Below are positions 32,467 through 44,952 of a stretch of DNA of 64,000 nt, in pieces (position 1 is the first letter of the stretch; each line of letters starts with the position of its first letter). The notes beneath the pieces were generated by a model. It saw only the letters and a list, made by a program, of their open reading frames with translations, was not told the DNA's origin and did not search any database. A program made the translations under genes and the position numbers. The stretch comes from Naegleria gruberi (lineage: Eukaryota), in the NCBI GenBank assembly GCA_000004985.1, contig GG738871.1; one strand, 5' to 3'.

Positions 32467-35400
32467 ATGCCTTCAATAAATAATGACAAAATGAATTCAT
32501 ACAAGAACTTGAGTGATGAGTCTGATGATTCTGATGACGATTATATTAAAAGGAGAAGAAGGGAAAAATATGCTAGTGATGAAGAGGAAAAACCGATGAG
32601 AGATCATAATAATACTCGTAGGGAGTCTCCAAATAGACAACCAAGACAACAACAAAAACATCATCAACAACCTCCAAATTCTCCATCATCAAATTACCAA
32701 AAGAGAAAAAGAGGTGATGACGATCATGTCGATTCTCCATCAAATGAATCCTCTCAAAAAAAGAAAAAGACTGACGATGATTGGGACTATGAATCAGATC
32801 CAAGACAAAAGATTATTCATCAAATTATTTCAATTTGCGAGTTTAAACCAAGTGATGAATTATACGAAAAATTGAAAGAAGTCTCTACTCGTATTACTAC
32901 AGATCTGGAGGATGATTATCAAACTAATATCACTACTATTTCAGATATCCTCATGCAATGGTATGTTTTTAATTTTATATTTTTACTAAATTGAATAGTG
33001 TTGCTGATTTCCCTGTCAAGTCATCTTTATATGCAATTGTAATTGCTCTTATTAATAACAAATTACCAAAATTTGGAGAGCTTTTGGTTAGTTTAACTGT
33101 GGAACATGTCATTCAAAGCCATAATAACAATGATTGGATTCGTGTTAAATCACTCCTAAGATTTATTTGTGAATTGATGCATTTCAAAGTTGTTGCTGAA
33201 TCTGACATTTATCAGATCTTTGATACATTTATTGACTTGTCGGTCAAGAATGCAGAAACTTTAATTGGAATGAATTACATGTATGTCATATTAGGAGCTC
33301 TTCCTTGGGGTATTGAGGCATTCAAAGAAAATTCTATTTATTTATCCGATATTTCATCCAAACTAACAAAATACTTTGAAGTATACAATCAAAACGATTT
33401 TGGATTATATCAAGTTTACAAAGGTCAAAAAGACTGCTTGGGAGCAATGTGGGATCAATTCAAGTATTTCCTGTCTAACCAAACAGAAACAAAGGTAATC
33501 AAGAGTTTATTGAGAGCTCATATAAATGTTACTGAATCAGATTTGAGCGATGGAAGAGCACACAAGCTTGAAATACCTGCTGGTTCTTTAAATGATGTAG
33601 CAACTAAGGACACTGATTTTTCTAAGGGTTATTTATTTAAATCAAGACTAGGACTTTATGAATCTATGATACCAAACTCACTTCATTTACTTTCACCAAT
33701 TGATAGATTAGTAGTGGAGGAGTATATATCAGATTTTCTTTATTTCTTTAATGGATCTCACAGAGATTGTGTTAATCGTTTATATATATGGGCTGGAGAT
33801 CTTGCTACTTTGGCTTTCAAGAAGGATACCTCAGTTTCCTCTCCAAAGAGCATGGAAGAAAAAGAACTTGCTATTTTAAACGATTTAGATCCAAGTGGTG
33901 AATATTTCCAACATATGGCTATGGATATTATTCTAGGTGCTATGTGTTGTCTTCCTGCTCCACCTGTTAAAATTCATTTCTACAATGTAGTTGTAATAGG
34001 ATTGTGCTTGCAGAAATGTACTAAGGATAATTTTTCAAGAGAAATTGTCAAAAAGTACATTAATTATGTATTTGAAAATATTGATGATTTTGATGATGAA
34101 TGTTGTATGCAAAGATTTACATCTTTAATGTCCTATTATTTGAGTCAATTCGATTGTAAATGGTCTTGGGATAAGTGGTCATTCATTTTCAATGATCCAG
34201 ATTCATCAACCAATAAGAGAAGGGAGCAATTTATAAGATTGGTACTCCAAAAAACCTTGCATGTGACTTACATGAATAAGGTCAAAAGATCTATTAAAGG
34301 ATCTTCAAACTTGACAGAAGATAAGTTTGATGATGATTCTAGATATAATGAGGACGAAGATTTGACTGATGTACCTTTTGCTAAATTCTTACCATACTCA
34401 CCAGATGCTACATTTAAGTATACTCCAGATAGTCCTTATCACGCTGACGCTACTAAATTACTTGATGCAATCAAGGGTAAGAAGAAGGATAACACAGAAG
34501 TTATAGAGCTCTTCTCTACTTTAGACTGTAAAGATGATAAGATACTTTTACTGGATATTTTCATTAGTTGTATTTTATCTAATCAAAAGAATCTTACTGA
34601 ATTCAGTGATTTACTGACATACTATAAGGAAGCTATTTCACAACTCATGGATTTTGATGTTTTACCTCAAAGAGTGAATATTATTAGATGTCTTTGGAGG
34701 TATTGGCACAAGTCTCCACAAAGAATTATTCTTTTAATGAAGAAGTTACTTCTCCAACATGACATCATTTCCTGTCAGAGCTTGGCAAATTATTTGTTTA
34801 CCGATAACGAACTATTGTTTTCATATGGTTATTCATGGGATATTCTTAAATCATGTTTGGACACTCAAATAACTAGAGCTTTAAGAGCTTTCGAATATGG
34901 TGATGATTCCACAAGCACAAGTGATACAGTACCAAAGATAAAGAAGGATAATCAACCATCAGATCATTTTGATCTCGATAAGGCTGTTAAAGGTTTGGAT
35001 TCCATGTTTTTTAAAATGCTACTTGGAGAAATACGTGAAACTGTCTACATTATTACTAGGCTCTTGACAGAAAAACTTCTCACCTATGATAATGTCAAAA
35101 GTTGGGAATTTAATCACTTGTACGGATTATTGAAAGAAGTTGCAAGACTTTACCAAGTCTATGTTAAGGATTTACAGGGTTATGTGGAGTCAATTCTTTC
35201 AGAATCAAGCAATACCATTGTCAAGGAACACTTGCTTTCACTCTTCAAGGGTTTGAACTTTTTCAAACATACTAGTGTGTTTGTTCCAGCTGGTTCAAAG
35301 GCAACCACCCCAAGATATGAGAGAAGATTTGATCCAATTCTTCAAACCAAGAATTATACCATATTGGATACTAGACATTCCATTCATGATTTATTAATCC

Positions 35401-35558
35401 AAGAAATTCAACGAGTGGAAAATGAAATTCCTGTAATTATTACCAAAGACCACCCATTGTGTTCACTTCTCCTTCCTCCACTTTCTGACACAAAGAAACC
35501 AGAAACTGTTGATGAGGAAATGAAAAATAACCAAACAACTAGTGGAGAGCAGCAATAA
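32467..35558 (+). CDS. ncbp1: Nuclear cap-binding protein subunit 1 (CBP80/NCBP1). Two exons: 32467..32960 and 32999..35558.
   Basis: MIF4G-type regions. FTSLMSYYLSQFDCKWSWDKWSFIFNDPDS matches human [31 protein letters not shown]. A 38-nt GTATGT..AG intron joins ...ILMQ-C-VADFPV. Confidence 0.8.
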
Positions 35559-35559
35559 A

Positions 35560-35570
35560 TTTGGCGCCAT
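35560..35570. promoter_or_regulatory. E2F-like site TTTGGCGCCAT, 32 nt upstream of the HAUS5-like ATG.
   Basis: Same GGCGCC core as the other sites in this window; AT-rich context. Confidence 0.35.
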
Positions 35571-35601
35571 ATTTTTAAATCAAAAAATTCAAATAAAAAA
35601 A

Positions 35602-37446
35602 ATGCAACAAAACCTTACACAACCTGGAAAACTCTCGCAACTCATTGAAGAATGGAGCAAGAGGGAATTACACCTAACCGAAATACCACAAACATTTTTT
35701 ATAAGAGAAGTGTGTAGAGGAAATATGATTCCGATATGGAAATTTCTGATCACATATGTGCATGATCCGAAAACTGTGGACCATGTTAAAAAGAATTTGA
35801 TGTTGTAAGTAATTGGTGTGATTTCTTATCATACATTGGGAATTAGGAGTGGAAAAAAGGTTCAAAAATCATTGGATGTCGAAAGAAAAAAGAGACAACA
35901 ACTTGTCAAACAAATTGAAGAAGTTAAATCAAGGATAAACGAAATTAAAGCTAAAGGAATACCAAACACTGAATTTGAAATTATGGAACTGAGGAAAAAA
36001 ATCAAAGTACTTCAATCATCTGTACAGAATCAAAAGAAACAGGAAGACCAAACTACAAAAGAAAATTTCTTAGTTAGAGCTTTTGAAGAAAAGTGTAAAT
36101 TTGACACTTCCGTGTTGAGTGAATATAGCCAGAAATTGGCCATATCGTATGACACAATGAAAAGAATTAACAATGTAAATATTAGCGAGGTTAGAAAAAT
36201 AATAGAAGAATTTGTAAATACTTGTGTTAAAACTTTGAGTAAGGAATTGAATATAGATATCAGTGAGATTGATTTTGCTTCCCTAAAAATCAAAGAACTG
36301 CTTACTCCACAGATTTTGGAACATGCTCAAGAAATACTCAAAGAGCAGTCGATATCTATTCGCCACTCGTTTGAGAATTCTCACACTCTTAAGGATGCTG
36401 ACAAGGAGAGGATTCAGCAAATTGAAAATGCATTGGAGGAGGAAAGAAGAAGACATATCACCAGATTTTCAGAAACTCAATCGTATGTTATCAAGACAGT
36501 ACACTATTTTAATTACATTACTAGTTTGTCTAATATCTCTCAAGACCTTAAGATAAAATTTGAAAGGCTAAACGAGGAAATAAGAGAAACAGGACTCACC
36601 ATCTTTGGTGAGAAATCAATTTATGTTGAGGAAATGAGAAAAAATGAAATTGAACTTTCTCAATTCAGAGCAGTACGAGCTGTACTAGAGGATTATATTG
36701 CTTGCCTTACAGAAGAAAGGGAAAAAAGAAAAATTGTAAGACAAAGCCTTCCTGTCAAACAACAAGAAATCAATAGTCTGAGACAAAAACGAATTCAAAA
36801 ATATGACAAGGTTGAGACACTAATTCAAGAAACCAATACATTGGTGAATATTTTGCCTCAGAAACAAGAACAAGTTCATATGTTTTTGCAAGACAGAATA
36901 CCACCAATTACAGAACCATTCGCTAATGTTTTGGAGACATTTGGCAATATTGTTGAAACTGAGTACAATACTGTTTCTAAAATACCATTGGACTATATCA
37001 TACACACAGATTATGGAGAGAAACGATTATTAAGGAAAGATCTTTCGATATTTGCCAGAGAAGAGCTAGGAGGGAAACTGAAAAAAATACTAGACATTTT
37101 AGAATTTCCTGAACATAAGGCGATTGACCATGTTCTTACTCATGCAACAGATATGAAACAAGAGTTGACTGTTCTAGAAAATGAAAGAGAGAATTTGAAA
37201 GAACTAATTGAACATATGCATGCAGTAGAGCAAGGAGTTGATTCATCTGCCATTCAACAGGTTATTGAGGAAAATCATGAACTAGAAAATGCACAGAACG
37301 AACATTGGACTGGTTTGATTGACAGAACAAAAATGGAGATTGAAAATTTCAAAGAGGAAGCAGAGAATGTACACAATTTATCTGAAGTGCTTTTACACAA
37401 TCCAGTTATCCAGAAAATTGACTGGAATTCATTATTAAACAATTAG
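35602..37446 (+). CDS. HAUS5-like augmin complex subunit. Two exons: 35602..35804 and 35847..37446.
   Basis: N-terminus IREVCRGNMIPIWKFLITYVHDPKTVDHVKKNLML resembles human HAUS5 [35 protein letters not shown]. The rest is a long coiled coil. A 42-nt GTAAGT..AG intron. Confidence 0.55.
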
Positions 37447-38561
37447 TTGGTTTTTGATTTACCAAAAAACTTCAGTAATTTGAGTAAGATAACAGTTGCA
37501 ATTACTAATGGAAGTGTGAATACTGAAATAATGGTTTTGATAGTACTATCAGTGTTATCTTCGACTGTTGTATTATCCAATTGATTTAAAAAGTCTGTAA
37601 CAGAACTTTCAGTTGGTGTAGAAACAACAGTAGTTGTTGGCTTTCTTATTGGTAATGATGGTAGGGCTCTTGTAGTTGGAGATGGTTTTCTGGCCTCAGT
37701 AGAGACTGAAGTTGTAAGAGTTGGTGAAATTTCAATTTCAGGGGTTCCAGGTGTAAGTTTCAGTTTTCCATCACCACTTGGAGAGGTGGCTTCTTCTTGG
37801 ATTATACGAAGATCTTCTTCGAATTGTTCAAGCAATTTTTGTTCTTCTTGTACTTGTTTTTCCATTTCTTTCATTTGTTGTTTGTTGAAAAGAGCCTTTT
37901 CGTGGAGTTGTGTAAGAGAACACAAAATTAATTTCTTATTCTTTTGAAGGAAAACATCTTCAAATGTGAAAAGCAAATCTACTGGAAATCCATCAACTTT
38001 TCTCAATCCTGCCAAAAACAAAGCCATATTATTCTTGGCATTAAAAAGATAATTACTATTGAAGGCCTTATCACTACTGAGTGAGAATAATTGTTGATCA
38101 AATTGATGGACCTTTTCATAGGCAATATATGTTGGGAAATAGTGTTGCAATAATTTACATAAAACAAGTCCATTTTCTAAATTGTAATAGAAATTACGAG
38201 AGCTTTCCTTCTTGGAAGCAATATCCGGTAATAATGAAGGTGATGATTTTACATCCAAACCACTGTCCTTTTTAGCAAATTTAATTCCTAAACTATTTTC
38301 GATCCAAGTTTGTAATTGTGTTTCAACTTCATGAAATTTATCTTCCTTGATATCACGTAAAGGACTAATATTCATAATAAATGTTTGCGAAAGGGAATCT
38401 GATCTTGTATGAATTGGAGTCATTGGAGAAGAAATATTTGTTAGTAATTTATTCTTTGGACGTAATGGAGTTGGGGTATTGCTATTACTGTCAACATAAT
38501 CAAAATCATCATCCAAAGAAAAGTTTTCATTTCCTCCGAACGTAACGCCTTGTGATGACAT
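37443..38561 (-). CDS. Calponin-homology-like domain protein with a C-terminal TM (tail-anchored).
   Basis: WIENSLGIKFAKKD...NGLVLCKLLQHYFP...FNAKNNMALFLAGLRKV resembles a CH domain. Coiled coil follows. C-terminal hydrophobic VFTLPLVIATVILLKLL. Confidence 0.45.
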   Translation of the reverse strand: MSSQGVTFGGNENFSLDDDFDYVDSNSNTPTPLRPKNKLLTNISSPMTPIHTRSDSLSQTFIMNISPLRDIKEDKFHEVETQLQTWIENSLGIKFAKKDSGLDVKSSPSLLPDIASKKESSRNFYYNLENGLVLCKLLQHYFPTYIAYEKVHQFDQQLFSLSSDKAFNSNYLFNAKNNMALFLAGLRKVDGFPVDLLFTFEDVFLQKNKKLILCSLTQLHEKALFNKQQMKEMEKQVQEEQKLLEQFEEDLRIIQEEATSPSGDGKLKLTPGTPEIEISPTLTTSVSTEARKPSPTTRALPSLPIRKPTTTVVSTPTESSVTDFLNQLDNTTVEDNTDSTIKTIISVFTLPLVIATVILLKLLKFFGKSKTN

Positions 38562-38590
38562 TTTTTAAAGATTTTAAAATCAAATTTATT

Positions 38591-38603
38591 TTTGGCGCCA
38601 TTT
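38591..38603. promoter_or_regulatory. E2F-like site TTTGGCGCCATTT, in the shared upstream region of two genes transcribed in opposite directions, 30 nt from the minus-gene ATG.
   Basis: GGCGCC core in an AT-rich intergenic region. Confidence 0.35.
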
Positions 38604-38740
38604 TTTTATTTAATTAATAATTATTAATAATATTTAATAGTTAAATATTATTCGTGATGGATTCTATCATATGAATTTAAATCGAAGGATTGGAAAACAT
38701 TGAAGTTTTACAATTTCCTTCCGATTATTTAATCAAAAAA

Positions 38741-41700
38741 ATGCAAGCACTTCTACCACTGAGTGAAGCTCTTGGAATTTTGCTCAACACAAAGTTTAAA
38801 CAAGTCACCAATATAAATTCCGATAAACATTCATTGTTTCATGCTTATAGTTCATGGTCCTATTTTGTAAAATCTAAATTGATTTCTGGTGGAGAGAGTA
38901 CTGATTATGAAACAATTTTAAATGACAAACAATACGGAATTATTTTCATCTTGTTGGATAATTTAGTTGAAAAATCGTCAACTCTCAAATATCAACATAG
39001 TTTTCAATTATTGTGTGATTGTTTTTATAATGATGAATCTATTAATGATTTCGTATTTGGATTATTTATTCATATTTTAAAAAAGAAACCTGAAGATGAA
39101 TCTGCTACAAGAATTCAACAATATAAATATTCTATATGTAGATTTATTACAGAGTTCATATTGGAAAAAGAGTTCGAAAAAGAGGATAAACCTAAGTTAT
39201 TAATTGATAGTAATGAAACCATTCTTGATAGATTTGGGGATGACAAGTTGTCTAAATTGATGGAATATCTTTGGATTATTACTCGATACGAAAGTGTAAC
39301 GATGGATGGTAGAAGATTTGCTACAATTTTAACATCATCCTCAAGTGACCTTTTATTAATTTTGGGATATTTACTTTCACAAAATCAGAATGAAATCCTT
39401 TTCAAGCAATTTGAAACATATTTTAAATTAACTAGTGAGTTATTGCATTGGTTTGAAAATCAGAGAGATTTATACACAACCTCTCTCAAATATCTTCACA
39501 GTAGACTGAAAGAGATTTCATCTATTGTGTCAATAGTTAATAATTTAGAGAGAAGTTCCCGAGAGGATGATCAAAATAGGGCAAAAGATGGGCGAAACAT
39601 GTCCCTCAGATCATTTTCCTCTTTTTTAATAATTTATGGATTTTTAATGGTGGAAAATCGTGAACATTTTGAGCATTACATCAAATTTACAACAAAGATT
39701 GAGGGTTCTAGTTCTAAGCATGACTATTTATTTGATTATCTGATGGCTATATTACTGGAGCTTGAAAAAACTGAAAATGAGACAGAAATACTCCACAATT
39801 TAGTATACCTATCAGCAATACTAGGTAAAATGAAAAAGAAAGAACTAAAGAAATATTTGGGAATGAAGGTAAAGGGAGAAAAGGAAACCAAAACACTCTA
39901 TGAAATAATTATACATATTACTAATAACAAACTGGTAAGTATCCATTCTCTTTATTAAACCATTAATACTTGGAATAGTTTAAAATCAATTCGGAAAATA
40001 TTGCGAGAATAACAATTTATTTATATAAGGAAATGGTAAATTATACTGGAGAAACCAATGACAGAGGAGCATTTATTGATATGGTAATGGAAATGCTTGA
40101 AAGTGATGATATTGTTTCTAAGGCAGTCATACTTTTTGTTTCAGATATTATTAGTACTGATAAGAGTCAAATATATTCTATTTTCAAACTAGTTGAATCT
40201 GACAATGAAAAGGCAAAGAAAAATGGACTTGTAATTCTTTCTGAAATATTCAACTCTACCGATATTGATGAAGAGCTTTCTCATACAGTCACTGATTATT
40301 TAATCAATAAGCTTTCATCAGATGATTTATCTATTAGATCGTGTACTGCAACAGTATTTTCGAAATTGGATTTCAAATATATTGCAAACAGAATTATTCC
40401 ACTATATGTCTCAAAGAATGAGAAAGAGAGATCTGCAGCCCATGAAATTTTGACTAAACTAATGGAGAGCAACACTGAAAATCCAAATATTTTCATGAAT
40501 GTTGTAAACTCTATCAAAGATTTACCAATTTATGAGGATCCTAATCCAGATCAAACCAGAAAAAACATTGCAGAACGAGTTATGACATTTATTCCAAAGT
40601 ACTTTGCCCATCTTTCTCCAAATTCTTCAAGACTTTTGGTAGAAGAAATAATCACCACATTTTTTGAATCTAACACCAATTCTCTCTTAGTGTTTATGAT
40701 GAATAAGATTTTGAGTTTTACACTCTCTGTGGAAGCACCTCAAAAGATTCTTTCAAGTGAAGATGAATACATACTGAACAATAAGAAAGATACCTTGTTG
40801 GGCGTTCTTGCAAAAGTGTTGGAAAGGATAAACTGTCCAAAAATAGAGGAAGAAACCATCTTTGATATGCTAGCACCACTACTTGTACTAAAGACTTTAC
40901 CCGTTTCAATATTCTACTACATTCATCCTAATGCAGAGCATGATAAAATATTCACAGAAGTTTTGCTGATAATGATTAGAAATGTGATAGATTTGAGTAA
41001 ACCAGAAGAGGTAAGAAGAGTCTCTGCTGAAGTAGCTTCAAAACTACCACCCAGAATTACAATTTCCTCATTTGTTGCAAGGTTTTCCAACTATTTACAA
41101 AAGAACTCATTGACCAAGGCTAAGTCGGTTTTATTTTGCATTTGTCAAACTATAGCTCTATACGAGGAGGATCCATACTTGTATTCTTTTCTTACTGGCG
41201 AATCTCTCTTAATTCAATCCATTAAGAATGCCTGGAATTTACAATCCAACGATCAAGAATTATCAAAGATACATCAAGGATGTATGGATTGTATGGTTAT
41301 GATTATCAAGTATATGCTGAACTACAGTCACTCTGATGGTAACTTTATTTCAGATAATATTCTCAAACCATTGTCAAATAATTCAGAAAGCATGATGGTT
41401 AGAGTATCCATTTCCAATATCATAACAAAGTGCACCAATGTATTCCCTCTGAAACATTTGCTTTCACTTTCTAGTATGGTTATACCAATTTATTCTAAAG
41501 TTTTACTTTTAAAGAGAGAACCAAATGCTGAAACCTCCCTCTTCTACTGCTCAAGTCTTCAAGCATTGATGAATTTGGTTTTCAAAATCAAGACTGCTGT
41601 TCATCCATATTCCAAATCATTGTTAGAAATTATTTCCAAGTGCTTGTCAGAGTCTGATCCTAACATTCGTCACTTCTCCCTAAAGCTCCTTAGTTCACTA

Positions 41701-41847
41701 CTCTTTGCAAGAGATGATGTACTAGTGGATCATCAAACAATCTTTGAATTTGAAATTTTAAAGAAGGTTAAGGGAATGGCCTCTATTGAATCAAGTTTGG
41801 AAGTTCAAAAGCTTGCCAATGAATTGTGTAAAATAATGGGACTATGA
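38741..41847 (+). CDS. HEAT/ARM-repeat protein, about 1000 aa. Two exons, 38741..39934 and 40030..41847; family not assigned.
   Basis: Two adjacent same-strand ORFs are joined by a GTAAGT donor at 39935 and a tataag acceptor at 40029, in frame. Helical-repeat composition throughout. The ORF-track start at 38690 is TTG; the first ATG is at 38741. The two ORFs could instead be separate genes. Confidence 0.45.
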
Positions 41848-41873
41848 GACATTTATTCACTGAATCTCTAATA

Positions 41874-41885
41874 TTTCCCGCCAAA
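41874..41885. promoter_or_regulatory. E2F-like site TTTCCCGCCAAA, 30 nt upstream of the katanin ATG.
   Basis: Matches TTTSSCGC in an AT-rich leader. Confidence 0.35.
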
Positions 41886-41913
41886 TTATTGCTCAAAATA
41901 ACTACATAAAAAA

Positions 41914-43626
41914 ATGTCAGACTCACTCCTCAAAATCAAATTGCAAAACAAGGCAAAGGAACAACAGGAGAAGGCCATTCAAGATAGAAAGAAGGGAATA
42001 TTGGTCTTGATGATAAGACACTTATTTGATAATGGGTTGGTATCACTCTTATTGAAATTGTTAATCATTCTTTAAAGGTATCTTGACACAGCTGAGAGAA
42101 TGCAATCGGAAACAGGAATATCACTCAAAAGGTTTGATGCTGCTGATAATATGGATCTCAATAATATTATGATTGTATGTTTATTTTTGTATAACTGAGT
42201 TCATAATTGTTTAAGGAATTTGAAGAATACTATCAAATGAAATTTATGAAGAAACCAAAACTTTTCCGAAAACTACAATCTGATGCTGATGATACTCCAT
42301 CAAATATACCACCAAGTTCTAAAACAGCTCCATCCTCCTCTGCAACAGCAAAAACATCAAGAGCTGCAAGTGGAAGCTCCTCTTCTTCGGATCAAAAGGA
42401 CAAACCATCAGTAACTTCAAAAACAGCACCATCATCATCTACAAGAAAAACACCTACAACTATTACAGGAGCAAAAACATCAGCTAAGGATAATAAGGAC
42501 ACAAAAGAAGATAATGAGAAACAAAATGAAGGATTTGATATTTCAGGAAAAAAATTGGATACTACAAAACAACAACAACAAAAACAAGAAAAGAAGGAAA
42601 TTACAACCGAGGAAAATGAAGAAGACTATTATGAGGAAAGGTTATTGAAACCTCTACCTGAAAATTTATTCTTTGGTGATATGAGAGAACTTGCAGAAAT
42701 GATTAGAAGAGAAATCATTGTCACTAATCCAATGGTACATTGGGATGATATTTCAGGATTACATTATGCCAAACAAATGGTTAAGGAAGCAGTTGTCATG
42801 CCACTTAAATATCCTCAATTCTTCACAGGATTGATAACACCTTGGAAAGGAGCTTTGTTATTTGGGCCACCAGGTACTGGTAAGGTAAGTTTTTGAGAAT
42901 TGAGTTTAATGTTTTGAAATAATTATTCAGACAATGTTGGCTAAAGCTGTAGCAACCGAGTGTAAAACCACCTTCTTCAATATATCTGCATCCTCAATTG
43001 TGTCAAAATGGAGAGGTGACAGTGAAAAATTAGTCAGAGTACTTTTCCAACTTGCTAGACATCATGCACCTTCTACAATTTTTTTGGACGAATTGGACTC
43101 TATTATGAGTCAAAGAGTTTCAGCCACAGAACATGAAGGTTCGAGAAGAATGAAAACAGAATTATTGATTCAAATGGATGGTCTGTCGAAGAGTAATGAC
43201 CTTGTATTTGTGTTGGCTGCTAGTAACCTTCCTTGGGATTTAGATCAAGCTGTTTTGAGAAGATTGGAAAAGAAAATCCTTGTAGGCTTGCCAGATAAGG
43301 ATTCAAGAAATTCAATATTCAAAAATTGCCTTACTCCTGAAAGAGCCAATTTGACCGAGACTCAATACCAAGATTTAGCCGAGAAAACAGAAGGATATTC
43401 CGGATCTGATATCACACTTGCTTGCAAGGAAAGTGCCATGATTCCTGTAAGAAAAATTTTCAGTCAACTAGAAAAGTTGGATGCAAAAGCAACGAATGCA
43501 GCAGATAAGGTAGTTTTAGATAAGGTAGAAATGAAAGATATCGAATATTCTCTCAATATTATCAAACCCAGCGGAAACCAATATGAAGAGCAATATAATA
43601 AATGGCAACAAAAATTTGGAATTTAA
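41914..43626 (+). CDS. Katanin p60 ATPase, LisH plus AAA (KATNAL2-like). Four exons: 41914..42035, 42078..42174, 42216..42884, 42931..43626.
   Basis: LisH motif [27 protein letters not shown] spans a 42-nt intron. AAA domain [26 protein letters not shown] is near-identical to KATNA1. Introns 42-46 nt, phase consistent. Confidence 0.85.
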
Positions 43627-43627
43627 T

Positions 43628-44638
43628 TTACAATCCCTTATTGAAGTAGAAAGTGTTAACCTTTTCTCCCTTTGTGTTAGTAATATTATGGAATTGTGGT
43701 TCCAATTCAGTAGCAGAAACTGGACTGATTTGTGGATAAATACCAATACCCAAAGGCAAGAAAAGACCAATAAATACAGTTAACATGGCCAAGTTAGTCA
43801 ATTGCTTAGACATGGCAGACTTCAAAATACCTCTAGCTTCCAAAGAGTTCATCAAAATTGGTTGAACAATCATACTAGGAGCAATCAAAAGAATTCTTGA
43901 AGTAATTGTTTGAGCAACACCCATTCTACCAGCAACTGCTGACTTTCCGTAAACAGTTCCGTCTTGATCCCAAACTGTGATACCTTGTGTCATTTCTTCT
44001 CTTCTCATCATACCAATGTTCAAAACGTTAGCAACAGCAACAGCTGTGAATGGAACAATACTCAACAATGTACTCTTGAGAACTGGTTGGAAAGTACTTC
44101 TCTTAACCCATTCATTCAAACCAATTGCAGTACCAACTGAAGAAGTGACAGCAACAATATAATTCTTGAATAAAGTAGCATTACTAACTTCATTGGAAGC
44201 ATTACGATTGGCATAATTGACACAAACGTTACAAGTTTGATTGACAGTTTGCCAGAAAATGGTACTAGGAATACTACGAGCACTCAACATACCAGAAACA
44301 ATCAACAAGTTCATAGGAACAAAAGCACTCATACGGAATGCTGGGAAAATTGGTTCCTTAGTATCTGGGTGAATTGATGATTGTTTAAGTTTCATGGCCT
44401 GGTAAATCTTTTCTGGTGCGTATTTTGGTTCACTTTGTAATTTCTTTTCATCGGTTTCTGCTTTATATTCATCCAAAAGAGAGATGGCACCCTTCAAAGT
44501 TGAATTAGTTACCAACAAGGTTCTTGGATCGGTAACATTGAAGAAGTGAACAACTCTTCCCCAGTATGTATCTTGATCGTATCTACTTTTATCAACGTTG
44601 ATTTTAGTAAAGATTTCTGTTGGTGTTGTTGTGCTCAT
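43628..44638 (-). CDS. sfxn: Sideroflexin (mitochondrial tricarboxylate/serine carrier family).
   Basis: Sideroflexin signatures HPDTKEPIFPAFRMSAFVPMN and multiple TM segments. Its stop abuts the katanin stop (convergent). Confidence 0.8.
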   Translation of the reverse strand: MSTTTPTEIFTKINVDKSRYDQDTYWGRVVHFFNVTDPRTLLVTNSTLKGAISLLDEYKAETDEKKLQSEPKYAPEKIYQAMKLKQSSIHPDTKEPIFPAFRMSAFVPMNLLIVSGMLSARSIPSTIFWQTVNQTCNVCVNYANRNASNEVSNATLFKNYIVAVTSSVGTAIGLNEWVKRSTFQPVLKSTLLSIVPFTAVAVANVLNIGMMRREEMTQGITVWDQDGTVYGKSAVAGRMGVAQTITSRILLIAPSMIVQPILMNSLEARGILKSAMSKQLTNLAMLTVFIGLFLPLGIGIYPQISPVSATELEPQFHNITNTKGEKVNTFYFNKGL

Positions 44639-44952
44639 TTTTTTGTGTTAAAATTTTAATTTATGAAATTTTTAATTTTTCAAAATTATTCAGCAGGAAG
44701 ATGGTGATGCGGAGATGTGAGAAAGCCGACACAATTTTGAGTGGAACGCTGTTTACAATAATTGATTGGTCTCAGGTCTTTATTTAGTTGAATTATGGGT
44801 CGATTTACAGTTTCTTTGTTGAGGTTATCTTTATATTGAAATTATGATATTCGAAATGAATGAAAATGAATGTTTCATTCGTTTCTGTGAAGCAAAGTGA
44901 AGAGTGAATGAAAAAAGGCTTGAGGAGGAGTTAATACAAATAACTAGAAAAA

